DNA of 64,000 nt from Nemertoderma westbladi (GCA_032718475.1 JAUCBJ010003383.1:133464-197463); one strand, 5' to 3'; shown: positions 1 to 12,500, numbered from the stretch's first letter. Program-made: numbers and translations. The notes: generated by a model from the letters alone, not told the origin.

Positions 1-1206
1 ATTGTGTTGACCAAAGTTTTCAACTTCTTTGTCCAATCCTATCTATGTCTAGTAATCAGAACGAATCTATTTTTGTCCTTTGATTTCATTTCTTCATTGA
101 AATATTTTATGTTAATTTGTAGAGAGCGGCCCTCCCTTCTTGTGTTTTATGTACTTATGTTAGAACACAAATAAATATCCTCGCCCCACCACACCCCCAC
201 AGGTGTAAAGTTCTATCAGAAATGAACACTGGAAAGTGCCCCTTTTATACTCAGATTTTTTAATAAAATGCTCTCCGGCTAGGAGTACCATAGATAAAGA
301 TATAGTAAAGAAGAACTAATCCATATAAATGTTGTAGCCCTGGAACCAAATAAAACCCCTCAGTCCACCATCCCATGTTATGGCATCCATATCATCCTGA
401 TCTCTTAGCATACGGCTGAGTGATCATCAATGATGATACTACACTATACCACCCACCCATCCAGAAGACTGACTTTCGAAATGTGGTCTATAAGCAATGA
501 AGTACTTTACTATGATGGTGTCACGAAATGTCGTCTATAAGCAATGAGGTACTTTACTATGATAGTGTCATCTCACTTCCAAAATACATCTCTGTAATGT
601 AATCATGCTACGAAAAGCTAGCCGGGAGAATAAGCCTGTACATGTACATACATAGCCAAGTGCTATGGCAACCTCCTGTCTCTAAAAAAAATTGGTGGGC
701 AGTCATTAATTTCCTAACGTCTCAATACCACTGGTCTTGAGAACAATGCCAAACCTAGAACGGCTGACAAAGTGATTTGCTACGGCTTTGTCACTGTTCT
801 GGGTCTGTCGTAAACTGCACCTTAGTGCATCCGATCATATGCCATGGAATTTTAAATACAAAGAAGTTTCAGATTTATAACGTTTCAGATCTTGAATGGA
901 TTCAAGTTGTCGTTTTCGCATTCCCATCAGGTTTAGTCATATGGTCCCTACAAACAAATGCATTTCAAACTATTTTTTAACCCGCCTATACCCGGTTTTG
1001 TTTTGCCACATAGACACCCGCTTTGGGTCAATTTGACCCATACCTACAAAAAACGACTTTGTAGGGGAAATAATCAATTTCCACACTGCCAATATAATTA
1101 TAGGGTTAAAATATAGTACAAGTGATTGTACAGAGTTATATATCGATTACCAATATCAAGTTATCGATTGTTATCAATATCATGTTATCAATCGTATGTT
1201 CGGACT

Positions 1207-2970
1207 CTAGGTGCAACTAGTGCAATACGTTGATACACGTGAATGTACGTCGCAGATGAAGTGTGCACAGTTGTCGCATTTTCGTGAATACTTTGTAGAC
1301 CCAGACTTTTGTGGGCACCTGTAGCATCTCCCACGTTTGGGAACTTTGGGTGCTGAAACACTGGAGCCCACCAAGGATGTACTGAGCTGCTGCTCTCGCT
1401 GGGCTATAGTACGAGGTGCCTCAGCAATATGACGGGATAGGGTACGAGACGTCATACTGATCTTCATAAGACCCTGAGATACCTCTGTTAGGTAATTGAA
1501 CCTCGCCCGATTAGTGCGACGGGTTGTTGGGAAGAGAGTGTAATACACCACAAACCCGGCAACTGCAGCGACATCAACTACCACCATGAAGACCCGCATG
1601 GGCCAGCGGCGGGTGGCCCTGCGTGCTGTGAAATGACCCACCATCGCATCCATCACATCAACACCACATTTTTGCGCATTATAATCCAAAATCATGCTGG
1701 GTTTGTGGGTCGCCTCGGCTGAAACTTCCTGATCAAAGTGGGACGATGATAACATCAGCACACACTTGCTTGCCTTTGGTATATACGAAACCAATGTTGC
1801 GTCATTGGTGTGGCCGAACAAAGAGGAATGGACTTGTCTTCCCCGTGTGTCAACGAACTCTTGGGGAACCTCCGGCTTGTTACGCCTGACAGTTCCTAGG
1901 TAGCTGAGCCGATGCTGCTTCAGTTCCAATAAAAGTTCCATACTACTAAAGAAGTTGTCTGCGCAAATGTTTCTATTAGTTCCAAATAAAGGCTGCGCCA
2001 AGTCCAGGACCACACGCTTAGACTGTCCCTTTTCTCGTGCTTCATTCGGAAGCCGGCCGCAATAAACTTGGCCATTGTATGGATAGAATGTCTCAGAGTC
2101 ACATAGCCACCAGAACTTGATGCCGTACTTCGCTGGCTTTGATGGGATGTATTGCCGGAACGGACACCTACCACGGAATGGTGACAGCATCTCGTCCACA
2201 GTCACAGTCGGACCTGGTACATAGGACGATCGGAGACGGTTTACAAACATGTCCCACACTTCCCGGATTGGGGCCAGTTTGTCAGTAGCTCGCCGTTCTA
2301 CACGAGTCTCTTTGTTGTCAAAGCGAAAGTGGCGCAAAATTTCAACGAAACGATTTCGGGACATAGTGGCACTGTAAATGGGCCGGCCATATTCATTGTG
2401 GAAGAGTGAACGTACTGGAAGTCGATTGTCTCGATGAACTCCTGCAAAGATAAGGATGCCGAGGAAACCATACAGCTCGTCGAGTGTAACGTCAGGGTCA
2501 ATCGCACTGTTGTTCGTTGCGTCCAAAACGATCATCAACATTTCATGTGAAATGAAATTGGTAAATGTGTCCAGTGGGGAAGACATATTCTTATCTCTCA
2601 CATGTTTGGGAATGGACCGACCCTCACGAATGATATTGATGGATCGAACTTGAGAAGTTGGAAGACATGGCGTCTTGCTCCACTCAATGTTGCCCCTACG
2701 TGATACATATAATGTTGCCCCTTCACCTTCTCCATTGCTCTCCCCAACTCCTCCGGCATCACTCATCCCGCACTCATCCACACCATCTCCGGCAGACACA
2801 TTGCTTCCAGAGTCTTCCACCTCACTCTCACCACCATCCAGTTCATCATTGTCATCTATTGCATCACTATCAACTCCATCGCTGTCATCCAGGAACTCAT
2901 CTTGGGACGGAAAAAGGTACCCATAGGCATTCACAGGACGTCTTGTCCGATTAGGATAACGATTCGACAT
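1207..2970 (-). CDS. piggyBac transposase (PGBD4-like), 587 aa, uninterrupted
   Basis: Acidic N-terminus. Motifs MSRNRF, TVDEM...FRGRCPFRQYIPSKPAKYGIK, ADNFF and YNAQKCGVDVMD carry the three catalytic Asp. C-terminal Cys-rich domain CYRC...CDNCAHFICDVH...CTSC. Confidence 0.96.
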   Translation of the reverse strand: MSNRYPNRTRRPVNAYGYLFPSQDEFLDDSDGVDSDAIDDNDELDGGESEVEDSGSNVSAGDGVDECGMSDAGGVGESNGEGEGATLYVSRRGNIEWSKTPCLPTSQVRSINIIREGRSIPKHVRDKNMSSPLDTFTNFISHEMLMIVLDATNNSAIDPDVTLDELYGFLGILIFAGVHRDNRLPVRSLFHNEYGRPIYSATMSRNRFVEILRHFRFDNKETRVERRATDKLAPIREVWDMFVNRLRSSYVPGPTVTVDEMLSPFRGRCPFRQYIPSKPAKYGIKFWWLCDSETFYPYNGQVYCGRLPNEAREKGQSKRVVLDLAQPLFGTNRNICADNFFSSMELLLELKQHRLSYLGTVRRNKPEVPQEFVDTRGRQVHSSLFGHTNDATLVSYIPKASKCVLMLSSSHFDQEVSAEATHKPSMILDYNAQKCGVDVMDAMVGHFTARRATRRWPMRVFMVVVDVAAVAGFVVYYTLFPTTRRTNRARFNYLTEVSQGLMKISMTSRTLSRHIAEAPRTIAQREQQLSTSLVGSSVSAPKVPKRGRCYRCPQKSGSTKYSRKCDNCAHFICDVHSRVSTYCTSCT

Positions 2971-3370
2971 ACTAAATGATACCTCCGAAATTTGAGATCT
3001 CTGAGAGTGTTTATGTTTATCCAGTTACCTTTCAGCCTTTCAACTATATGATTAATATCAACATACAATCTCTACCGGTACAGCAGTACACTAAGATTCA
3101 CTGGAGAAAATTCAAAATTCCCACATCGCTGTCATCCAGGAACTCATCTTGGGACGGAAAAAGGTACCCATAGGCATTCACAGGACGTCTTGTCCGATTA
3201 GGATAACGATTCGACATACTAAATGATACCTCCGAAATTTGAGATCTCTGAGAGTGTTTATGTTTATCCAGTTACCTTTCAGCCTTTCAACTATATGATT
3301 AATATCAACATACAATCTCTACCGGTACAGCAGTACACTAAGATTCACTGGAGAATATTCAAAATTCCCA
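2877..3370. repeat. 247-bp tandem duplication of the transposase start and 5' leader
   Basis: 2877-3123 is repeated at 3124-3370; I see one substitution (ggagaaaattc vs ggagaatattc). Confidence 0.93.
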
Positions 3371-3811
3371 CGTTTTTCAAGTTACCAATGGTACATTTCC
3401 TACTATGTATAAGCGCTTGTATAAGATAAGGAACAGCATTTACACTATTGGGTGAATTTGACCCACTTTGGTAAACCACGTGTACAAGGTGTTTAGATGT
3501 CTACTGCTAGAACACCATTTCGGTATATGTTATTATATTATAGCTTATGGTTACTAACTAGTAGGGGTAGGATGTCACAAGATATTATGACCATCACGCC
3601 AGCCTGTACTTCACAGCTGGATTTTTAACAACGAGTTGGGCCAATTTGACCCACATCGGGTAACCGCGGGTTAATGAATATTATTTATTTAATTTAAGTG
3701 TAAATTAATTAGCCACAGAAGCTATTAGTATACTAATTTCGAGCTCCCACAAGTGATCATAAACCATGTTGTACTCGTACTCTGGGGGATTATGCAATCC
3801 ATCAAATAAAT

Positions 3812-3866
3812 ATAAAATCTTTCCGCTGCATAAAATCTTTCCGCTCTATAAAATCTTTTCCGCTCT
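3812..3866. repeat. 18-bp tandem repeat x3
   Basis: ATAAAATCTTTCCGCT(G/C)(C/T) occurs three times. Confidence 0.8.
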
Positions 3867-5829
3867 ATTTGCTATAGAGTTGGATCATCCTAAGTCCTCT
3901 TTAAATTACTTAATAATAAATATAAAATATTTAACTGTTTTCTAAACTTAAAGTTAAAATATAATTCTGACCCATCCACTAAAAATAGGGATGCCTCTCT
4001 GAGTTTGCTGCTATACTATCTGTTTACTACCTATCATACGAAATAATTAAAACTTAGAGCACCATTTAGAGACATGCGGTATATGGTGAGAAATTAATTA
4101 TCAAATTATTTCCCGAGAAACCTGAATACGAATTGAATGAATCAGTTCGTATGGAAATCGCAAACTTTCTGAAACTATTCTCGGCTGCTGATGCTGTTAC
4201 TGTATTGGCCCAACTAAAGGCGCCAAGGAAACTAGAATTCCCGGTACTGCTGGTTGAGCAAAGATTAGCAGTTGGCCAGTGAGTGAGGGATCCATCTCCT
4301 GTATAACACAAACTGCCAGGGCAGGTGACAACTCCAGAAACGCTCAAAAAGATTACACATATGTTTATCGCACACTTTAAGTTTCCTCTTATACTTGTGG
4401 ATGTTGTAAATTCATTTGATTGATAGGAAGAAAGTACAGTTGATATTACGCAGGGTGCTCCACAAAATTTGCAATGTTTACATTTTTTAGACATTTTCGC
4501 GAATTGAACTAATTTCTAGAGTTTTATTTCAATCGGAAGTCAATACATAAAGTTACTTGCTGTAGCAACCCTGGTTATGATATTTTCGTTAATTATTACC
4601 CAAAATTGGTTAATGCAGTTTAACTTAAATATTTAATGATAATTCTGTAGAAGTAATAGAAGTAATTTATTATTGGTCGCCTTTGGCCAGGAGAATTATA
4701 TGTGTATTATCTATTGAGTGTGAGAGTGTTCGGTTACTTTCCTAGATTGTAGTACAACGAATTTACTTACAATATATATATCTTTCTGACCTCTTGAAAA
4801 TAATCTTACTTTCAATTTCGCCGCGCATCCGCTAACTGATTATTTTATTATAGTAACTTTTTATTAGGTTTCTATATGACTATTTAATAGTTACAGTATT
4901 TGCTTTAAAAAAAGTGAACATTTCATTTGTCTTTATATTTAACATTCCAACGTTAAATTTTTTGCTGTTATTTCCTAGAATTTTTTTCACATGTATTCGC
5001 ATCCGATTGAAACACAAAACCTAGAAATTTGGATAAAGTAATTGTGCAAACCTAAAAACGTGTAAAATTTACTTGAAACACACGGCAATCGTATTTTATA
5101 CAATAATACTTTGTCGCATGATGGATTATAATGTATAATATTCCTTTATGCTGTGGTAATTTTTCGTAATGTTTGTAAAATATCCAATAACAAATTATTT
5201 TAATGATACAAATTGGCATCATTTTATAAGGTACTTGTTTTTGTTGCCTACCTTAGGCCTACCTATTGCTATTATGAATTCGATGGAATAAGTTACCTTA
5301 GTATATGCCTACATTTGTATTGCCGTATTCCCTTTGCAGAGGCACAGCGAGCTCTTCTAGTGCCCAGGGGAATTAAGATGAAAAAGCCCCCCCCCCCCCC
5401 CCCCCCCCTCCACAAAAAAAATAATTGTCACTTTTCATTCATAAAATTTAATTTAATGTGAATTTAAATAAAATTGTTATATCCCTAACAGAATGAGTAA
5501 AAAATCAGCTACCTACGACGATTAAAACTCGCGAATTTACGGCCAAAAATAAGCTGCTGCCTAATTAAGAAAATGGACTTTAGTTGAGTCTGTATTAAAC
5601 ATCTGCGAAAGTTTTCCAATGGAACAGCAAACCCAACACAGTGTAGAACCGAATACATTACCTGTATAATTTCTTCTATACATTATTTATACTCTAGTTG
5701 TAATAGTTAGTGTGAACGCCCCTGGGTGCGCGAAATGGAACGTTCCCCCTCCCCCTTTCCCCTCGCTCCGGCTTTGTGTGTTCTGTACAGCAAAGTGTGG
5801 GGCGAGCCACGCATTCACGGCGAGCCTTA

Positions 5830-5990
5830 GCGCACAATTATAATTAGTAAATAGGGAAAATTTCATGTCCGTCTCTCTGTCCGTCTGTCTGTCTGTCTGT
5901 AATGAAAATTTCATTCGTAAATAACTTTTGAAGATTTTAACCATTTTCAATCAAATTTTGTATGAGCTAACTAAAGGAGCTTTATCGGTT
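5830..5990 (+). mobile_element. DINE-1/Helentron-associated-like non-autonomous element fragment
   Basis: (GTCT)n/GTCC microsatellite between GAAAATTT motifs, followed by aaccattttcaatcaaattttgtatg. This layout is typical of DINE-1-like repeats; the ends are not resolved. Confidence 0.4.
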
Positions 5991-6424
5991 CGGTCACATG
6001 GAACTCACTACCACAGGGGTTGGGATTAGATCAATTTACTGAAGATCCACTAATTTCTATAGAACTCAGTGACTATTGTACTATACTATTTACTAGTAAT
6101 AATTGTTTACAATGTGCTGTATAGGTTGCAGCAGGTACGTATATTCCCTAAGGGCGCCTGTAATATCAAAAATAATCGTATTATTATTATTATTCTGATC
6201 TGGGACGTCTCATAAAAGACAATAGTCTATATAATGTACCGGTAGGGGAAGAATTGGGATTTCTACGGCTGATCGCAAAGGTGTTGCTTTGTAGAAGCTG
6301 GTTACAATTGATTACAGTGTGTGCGATATATGACATCAATTTAAATTGTTCAAATTATTTGTTATATTTCAAGAATTTAATTTCAAACGTAAGTTATAAT
6401 AATCATATTTTATTAATATATGTA

Positions 6425-6548
6425 ATGGAGAAATTCAGCACCGAAAATAACAACGTCGTTTCTCCTAATAATGTCCAACAGCGAATTGTTGAGAAGTTCT
6501 TGAAAAACGTTAGCGAACTGCGCTGGGGAGAAAGAGATGTAATTCTAG
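6425..6548 (+). CDS. JHAMT-like methyltransferase exon 1
   Basis: ATG at 6425; encodes ...NNVQQR...LRWGERDVIL plus G; donor GTTTGT at 6549. Confidence 0.82.
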
Positions 6549-9500
6549 GTTTGTTATAAACATGTTGTCTTTCTTTTAGGTAACTGTCATTGGAATTTCA
6601 AGATGGAAGCGGCATGATAGATTTTCCACGCTGTTGTAACCAACACAGAACTTGTGTCTCTGGAGTGAAATAATTATCAACTTATAAATAAAAATAATAA
6701 AATAAATTAAAATAATTTATAAACAATTTCTGATTAAACCAAATTCCCTCAAAGCGAACACTGAATATATTTTTAAAATGGAATATCATTTTTATGTTAT
6801 GGGATACAAACATTTATAGTGCTCTTGCGTTTGAAAAACTTAGTTGCTCAAGGGAGTACGGGGGACAGGGAGTGGCCATCCCCAGTGGGAGGGGGACAGG
6901 GAGTGGCCATCCCCAGTGGGAGGGGGACAGGGAGTGGCCATCCCCAGTGGGAGGGGGACAGGGAGTGGCCATCCCCAGTGGGAGGGGGACAGGGAGTGGC
7001 CATCCCCAGTGGGAGGGGGACAGGGAGTGGCCATCCCCAGTGGGAGGGGGACAGGGAGTGGCCATCCCCAGTGGGAGGGGGACAGGGAGTGGCCATCCCC
7101 AGTGGGAGGGGGACAGGGAGTGGCCATCCCCAGTGGGAGGGTGACAGGGAGTGGCCATCCCCAAAAAACTCAAAACGAAAATTATCCCATTTCACTTTCC
7201 CCACAATCATCCTATCCCACAATTACACATAAAGTGCGTAAAATATGTAAATTTCTGGCAGCTTTGTGATACTTGTCCATCTTATAGTATATTGATTGAC
7301 CTACCCAATTTCGACTTGTCATTGCTCATCCGAACTAAAAAAGTGATCGGTCTGGTGGGGGTAGAGTCCTACCTACTAATTAGTATATAAGACATCGTAC
7401 AAAACGCGGAGAAAAGTTTATTGAACTTTATTTACATTAAATATATTGTCTACTTTCATGGTTAGATATTGGCTGCGGTGCCGGTAGTATAACTAGACGG
7501 TTCCTCTCTCCGGTAACTTCGGCATCCATCACTGCGATCGATCATCGCGATAACCTCATTGACCAGGCGGAACTCACCAAATACGCAGCTAACGTTCTCT
7601 ATAAATGTTTCGATATATCAAGTAGTCCATCAACCGTTGAGGGGTGGTTGGAAGGCTTCACAAAGGTTAGCTAACAATACTTTAGTTGATTCATCGTTTC
7701 GTTGAATTTCATTCATTTTTAACAAAATTTTTGTTGAACATAGAAAAATGGAATTATCTAAAATAGCGGGAAAGTTTGAATTGTTCCTTAAACTTTAAAC
7801 ACCCATATCTCAGAATAACGTTTTTTCATGAAAAAGGCTATTTCTCCGCCAATTTTAACTGAAATAAGTTGTAATTTGGTACACTTGTTAAGAATACCTT
7901 TCTCCATAATTCTTCTGAACAAATTTGGTTGGAAATCTCCTGGAGCCTTTTTATATCAAAAAGGCCAAAAAAGCCCTTTTTTGAGGCCTTTTTGTTCTAA
8001 AAAGGCTCCAGAGCAATTGAGGTAAAATTTGTTCAGAAGAATTGGATGCAGGGTTCTTCTGAACTTATATTCCAAATTTCGACAAATATTAGTAGAGAAA
8101 TTATTGGTAGAGAAATAGCCCTTGGTGCAAAAATGCACTTTTGGCCATTACGGCGTCATTTTGGGGCCAATTTAAAAAAAATTTGGTTTAGTTATTCTTA
8201 CACAGTCCAGACGATGTTTAGTTGTACAAAAAATAATTTTCACCCAATTTTAGGGTCCAGAGACACAAAAATGTGAGGTTCAGTTTGGGGGTGCTACTCC
8301 CCACTTAAATTGATTCGTTCAATATTTTACGTACAATTAAATTGTAAATTACCAAATTACAAAACGACCGAAGGCTTCTTAAAATTTATTGTATTTTTAG
8401 AAACCTGATATGGGTCGCCATGCAAACTTTTCACTCAACCAAACTATTATTATTATCAATTAAATCAATATTGTATTTTATATTTTCTAGTTACTTCTTA
8501 TTTTATATCATTTATTTGATAAATTCGATTTTTGATTGAATTTTTATTGAGCTTTTAGTAGGTTGTGCATGTGCAATACACAATACCGCCGTACGCTGTG
8601 GCAAATCTAGGCAAAACAAAAAAAGCAAATTAACGCATCTCTAATTAATTAACGAAGGATATCTCTGTCAGTAGATTTCCTGGAGTTTTTAGGTATTGAT
8701 TGACCTACAAATTCTTCTGGTGGTACATCAACCTTTTGTTTTTGAGCTGAAACCGGATTTGTTAGGTCGCCCATCTTCCAACCTTTGGGTCCCCAGTTCC
8801 ATTCCACCTGTACGTCAGTCGTCAATGTCGACATTGCCAAGCTCTACACCCAACGTTAAATTATAATAATGTTGGAAGAATTAATGATAATTTTAAAAAC
8901 TTTTATAAAAAATATATAATGTAAATAGGACAATATGATAATGCTCTCCATAGCGAAAAATATCAACCGGCCCTATTGGGGCTCGAACCCGCTACTTAGG
9001 TTTCAAACTTCTGGTTATCATCAGCCGGGTGAGTGTACTGAGCTACCAGACCGGATGAATATTTCGTTATGGAGTGGAAGATCATATCATATTAAGGCCA
9101 TACAATCACTCAAACTAAAGTACAACTTTCGTTATTCCCTTTTTACAATTTACTTTTTATAAAATAATCCCTTTTCCAGTTGTGAGGGGAATTCATACTA
9201 TCGAGGTTACAGCAATTCACAGGTAACATTAAATTGTTGCTAAGAGGAAGTGGATTAACTCCTTTGCTTCCTATTATTACACAATTTGATATATTCGACA
9301 CAATTACCTCGTGTATTTATTTAGATATATACACTGACCAAAGGGACATTACGACTTCATTTAATTTACTTTTCGACAGTAATTTCTTGAAATAGAATTA
9401 GAGCTTCATTACTATTCTATTATATATTTTAAGAAAAGGCTTAAATTGTATTAAATAGGCAACCTATATCATTATGATTATATTATAGTTCAGCTTCTAA

Positions 9501-12500
9501 CTTTGCAACAACATTCATTATTTGTAATTAGTGTATATCTGAAGCATGCGTCATTGATTACATTTGTTTGTCACTATGGTGACAGTAATATAACGCATTA
9601 ATCGGTTTATATTTGATAGGTAACTGCTCTCAATGGTCTGGAATGGGTTTCTAATATTGATGGATTTTTGGATTTTGTTTACAATGGTAAGTTATTTGTG
9701 GTTACTAATTCTTTAGTCCGCCTGTTGCGTTATTCAGCGTTCGATTCCATGCCGAGCCAGTTACAAGTTCGAATCTGGCGGGTCCACCTATTGAAATGTG
9801 GCAAGGGCTTCTGATGAGGAATAAAGAAAAATAAATAAATATAGAAGACTAAGCAGCTTGGTCTAGTGGTGACATTCCTGGGCTTCCAATTAGGGAGCCC
9901 TGGTTCGATTCATAGATCGGGCAGCACTGTTTGGGCACAGTGCTTTAAATGCTGTAGCCTAGCCCAACCCGACTTTCATCCCTTGGTGGTCAATAAATGA
10001 GAACGGAAGGGTTTACTGTGGAAGATCACCCATGGTGGTGAACAGGCATTCCTTTAGGAAACAGAGTGGAAGGGTTGACTGTGGAAGATCACCCATGGTG
10101 GTGAACAGGCATTCCTTTAGGAAACAGAGTGGAATGGTTTACTGTGGAAGATCACCCATGGTGGTGAACAGGTATTCCTTTAGGAAACAGAGTGGAATGG
10201 TTTACTGTGGAAGATCACCCATGGTGGTGAACAGGTATTCCTTTAGGAAACAGAGTGGAAGGGTTTACTGTGGAAGATCACCCATGGTGGTGAACAGGTA
10301 TTCCTTTAGGAAACAGAGTGGAAGGGTTTACTGTGGAAGATCACCCATGGTGGTGAACAGGCATTCCTTTAGGAAACAGAGTGAAAGGGTTTACTGTGGA
10401 AGATCACCCATGGTGGAGAACTGGTATTCCTTTAGGAAACAGAGTGGAAGGGTTTACTGTGGAAGACCACCCATGGTGGTGAACAGGCATTCCTTTAGGA
10501 AACAGAGTGAAAGGGTTTACTGTGGAAGATCACCCATGGTGGAGAACGGGTATTCCTTTAGGAAACAGAGTGGAAGGGTTTACTGTGGAAGATCACCCAT
10601 GGTGGTGAACAGGCATTCCTTTAGGAAACAGAGTGAAAGGGTTTACTGTGGAAGATCACCCATGGTGGAGAACGGGTATTCCTTTAGGAAACAGAGTGGA
10701 AGGGTTTACTGTGGAAGATTACCCATGGTGGTGAACAGGCATTCCTTTGGGAAACAGTGTGAAAGGGTTTACTGTGGAAGATCACCCATGGTGGAGAACG
10801 GGTACTCCTTTAGGAAACAGAGTGGAAGGGTTTACTGTGGAAGACCACCCATGGTGGTGAACAGGCATTCCTTTAGGAAACAGAGTGAAAGGGTTTACTG
10901 TGGAAGATCACCCATGGTGGAGAACGGGTATTCCTTTAGGAAACAGAGTGGAAGGGTTTACTGTGGAAGACCACCCATGGTGGTGAACAGGCATTCCTTT
11001 AGGAAACAGAGTGAAAGGGTTTACTGTGGAAGATCACCCATGGTGGAGAACGGGTATTCCTTTAGGAAACAGAGTGAAAGGGTTTACTGTGGAAGATCAC
11101 CCATGGTGGAGAACGGGTATTCCTTTAGGAAACAGAGTGGAAGGGTTTACTGTGGAAGACCACCCATGGTGGTGAACAGGCATTCCTTTAGGAAACAGAG
11201 TGAAAGGGTTTACTGTGGAAGATCACCCATGGTGGAGAACGGGTATTCCTTTAGGAAACAGAGTGGAAGGGTTTACTGTGGAAGATCACCCATGGTGGTG
11301 AACAGGCATTCCTTTAGGAAACAGAGTGAAAGGGTTTACTGTGGAAGATCACCCATGGTGGAGAACGGGTATTCCTTTAGGAAACAGAGTGGAAGGGTTT
11401 ACTGTGGAAGATTACCCATGGTGGTGAACAGGTATTCCTTGGCTTAACGACGAGACTAAAAGATTATCCTATTCAATAAAGAAAAATGTTGTGGGTTGGT
11501 TACTGAATGTTCAACAATGGGAGTAAAAAAGGACCCCTATGCCCATTATGTAACTATGTGCCTGAGGGAAGAAATTTGGAGTTAGATCCAATATGTCGTG
11601 TTTCAGGCTCACCTAGGGCCTAGAGCAATACTTTTATTTTACAGTGACGGTGTTTCAGATCTTCTAAACAGATTTTAATTAATGTTATTAATTGTCAGTC
11701 ATGAATTTGTCAAAGTTGTGAATAGTTTATTAAGATATAATATATAGTACCAGTTGCTTTACAGAAAAAAGATTGTTTTCTGGCTTTCTTTGCAATGTGA
11801 CTTCAGGAAACATTGAACAGTGGAATGACATTGCTATACTCTACATAATATATTTTGTAGGATGACTTGAGTGTATAAAGAATCGTTGAGAATTGGTTTC
11901 AATCTTGACGTCATTAATGCCATCAATTTCTCCTTTTTATTTATACCTGTAGCGCAATCATATACACATTGGAATGGGACGTTACAGTTACTCGTGATAT
12001 TACTGCATTAATGATGGCAAAAACGTATAACTCCTATAGATGAACTTATAGGAGACGGGGTTAAATCGAATGAATTCCGACCAATTCAATTGAATTAACA
12101 GCCCCAATTTCCATATAGGAATAATATAATAAACTGCAGCGGTACAAAATATATAAGCAGAGTTTCTCCGACGCCTAAAATACAATCAATATGCCAGAAA
12201 TATTATTGAGATAATTAAATTTAGATATAATCGAATACCGAACGTATTTGGTCGTTGATTGCGAAACTCGCATAAAGTCACGATCGATTGTACTGATGGC
12301 CATTCTCGTACCGGCCACGCCCGTTCGTAGATAGCCGAGCGGTAAACGATGAGTGACATCGACCGCTTCCCGATATAATTGCTCACTTTCCCGATCGGTA
12401 ATGGGTTGACCGGGAATCTACCTCCAGTAATTGGGAATTAATTCGTCCTTTTATGCCTTTTAGGCGACTATTATCAGGTTCCCACTGAGGTCCAACTTAC

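Larger units (their letters stand above)
981..3670 (-). mobile_element. Full-length piggyBac DNA transposon
   Basis: TTAA at 977-980 and 3671-3674. The ends are CCCGCCTATACCCG and CGGGTAACCGCGGG (14-bp imperfect TIR, 3 mismatches). Subterminal palindromes TGGGTCAATTTGACCCA at 1024, with variants at 3449 and 3637. It encloses a piggyBac transposase ORF. Confidence 0.95.

Noticed and set aside
2976-3429. Two 65-68 aa + strand ORFs starting MIPPKFEISE
   Set aside because: They are the antisense of the duplicated piggyBac leader.
6580-6670. Alternative exon after ttcttttAG at 6579
   Set aside because: It would need a 31-nt intron and breaks the methyltransferase motif I; there is no supporting homology.
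6794-7269. Six overlapping ORFs
   Set aside because: Artefact of the stop-free 31-bp minisatellite.
8649-8840. 63-aa minus ORF (WNWGPKGWK...PPEEF)
   Set aside because: It only faintly resembles C-terminal transposase relics and is too short and degenerate to call.
8968-9056. Functional tRNA gene (also candidates at about 9850, 38620 and 60430)
   Set aside because: A and B boxes are present, but I could not form a canonical cloverleaf or anticodon arm; treated as SINE/TE-derived.
8935-9162. Duplicated small protein MIMLSIAKNINRPYWG (also at 60394)
   Set aside because: It is the antisense reading of the tRNA-core repeat; the identity reflects the DNA repeat.
10032-11447. 471-aa repetitive protein gene
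   Set aside because: It is a translation of the 63-bp intronic array downstream of a SINE head, with no non-repeat domain. It is kept only as a repeat observation.
12320-12420. Possible tRNA/5S-hybrid SINE (TAGCCGAGCGG ... ATGGGTTGACC)
   Set aside because: Only two short motif matches and a single copy in the window; not enough support.
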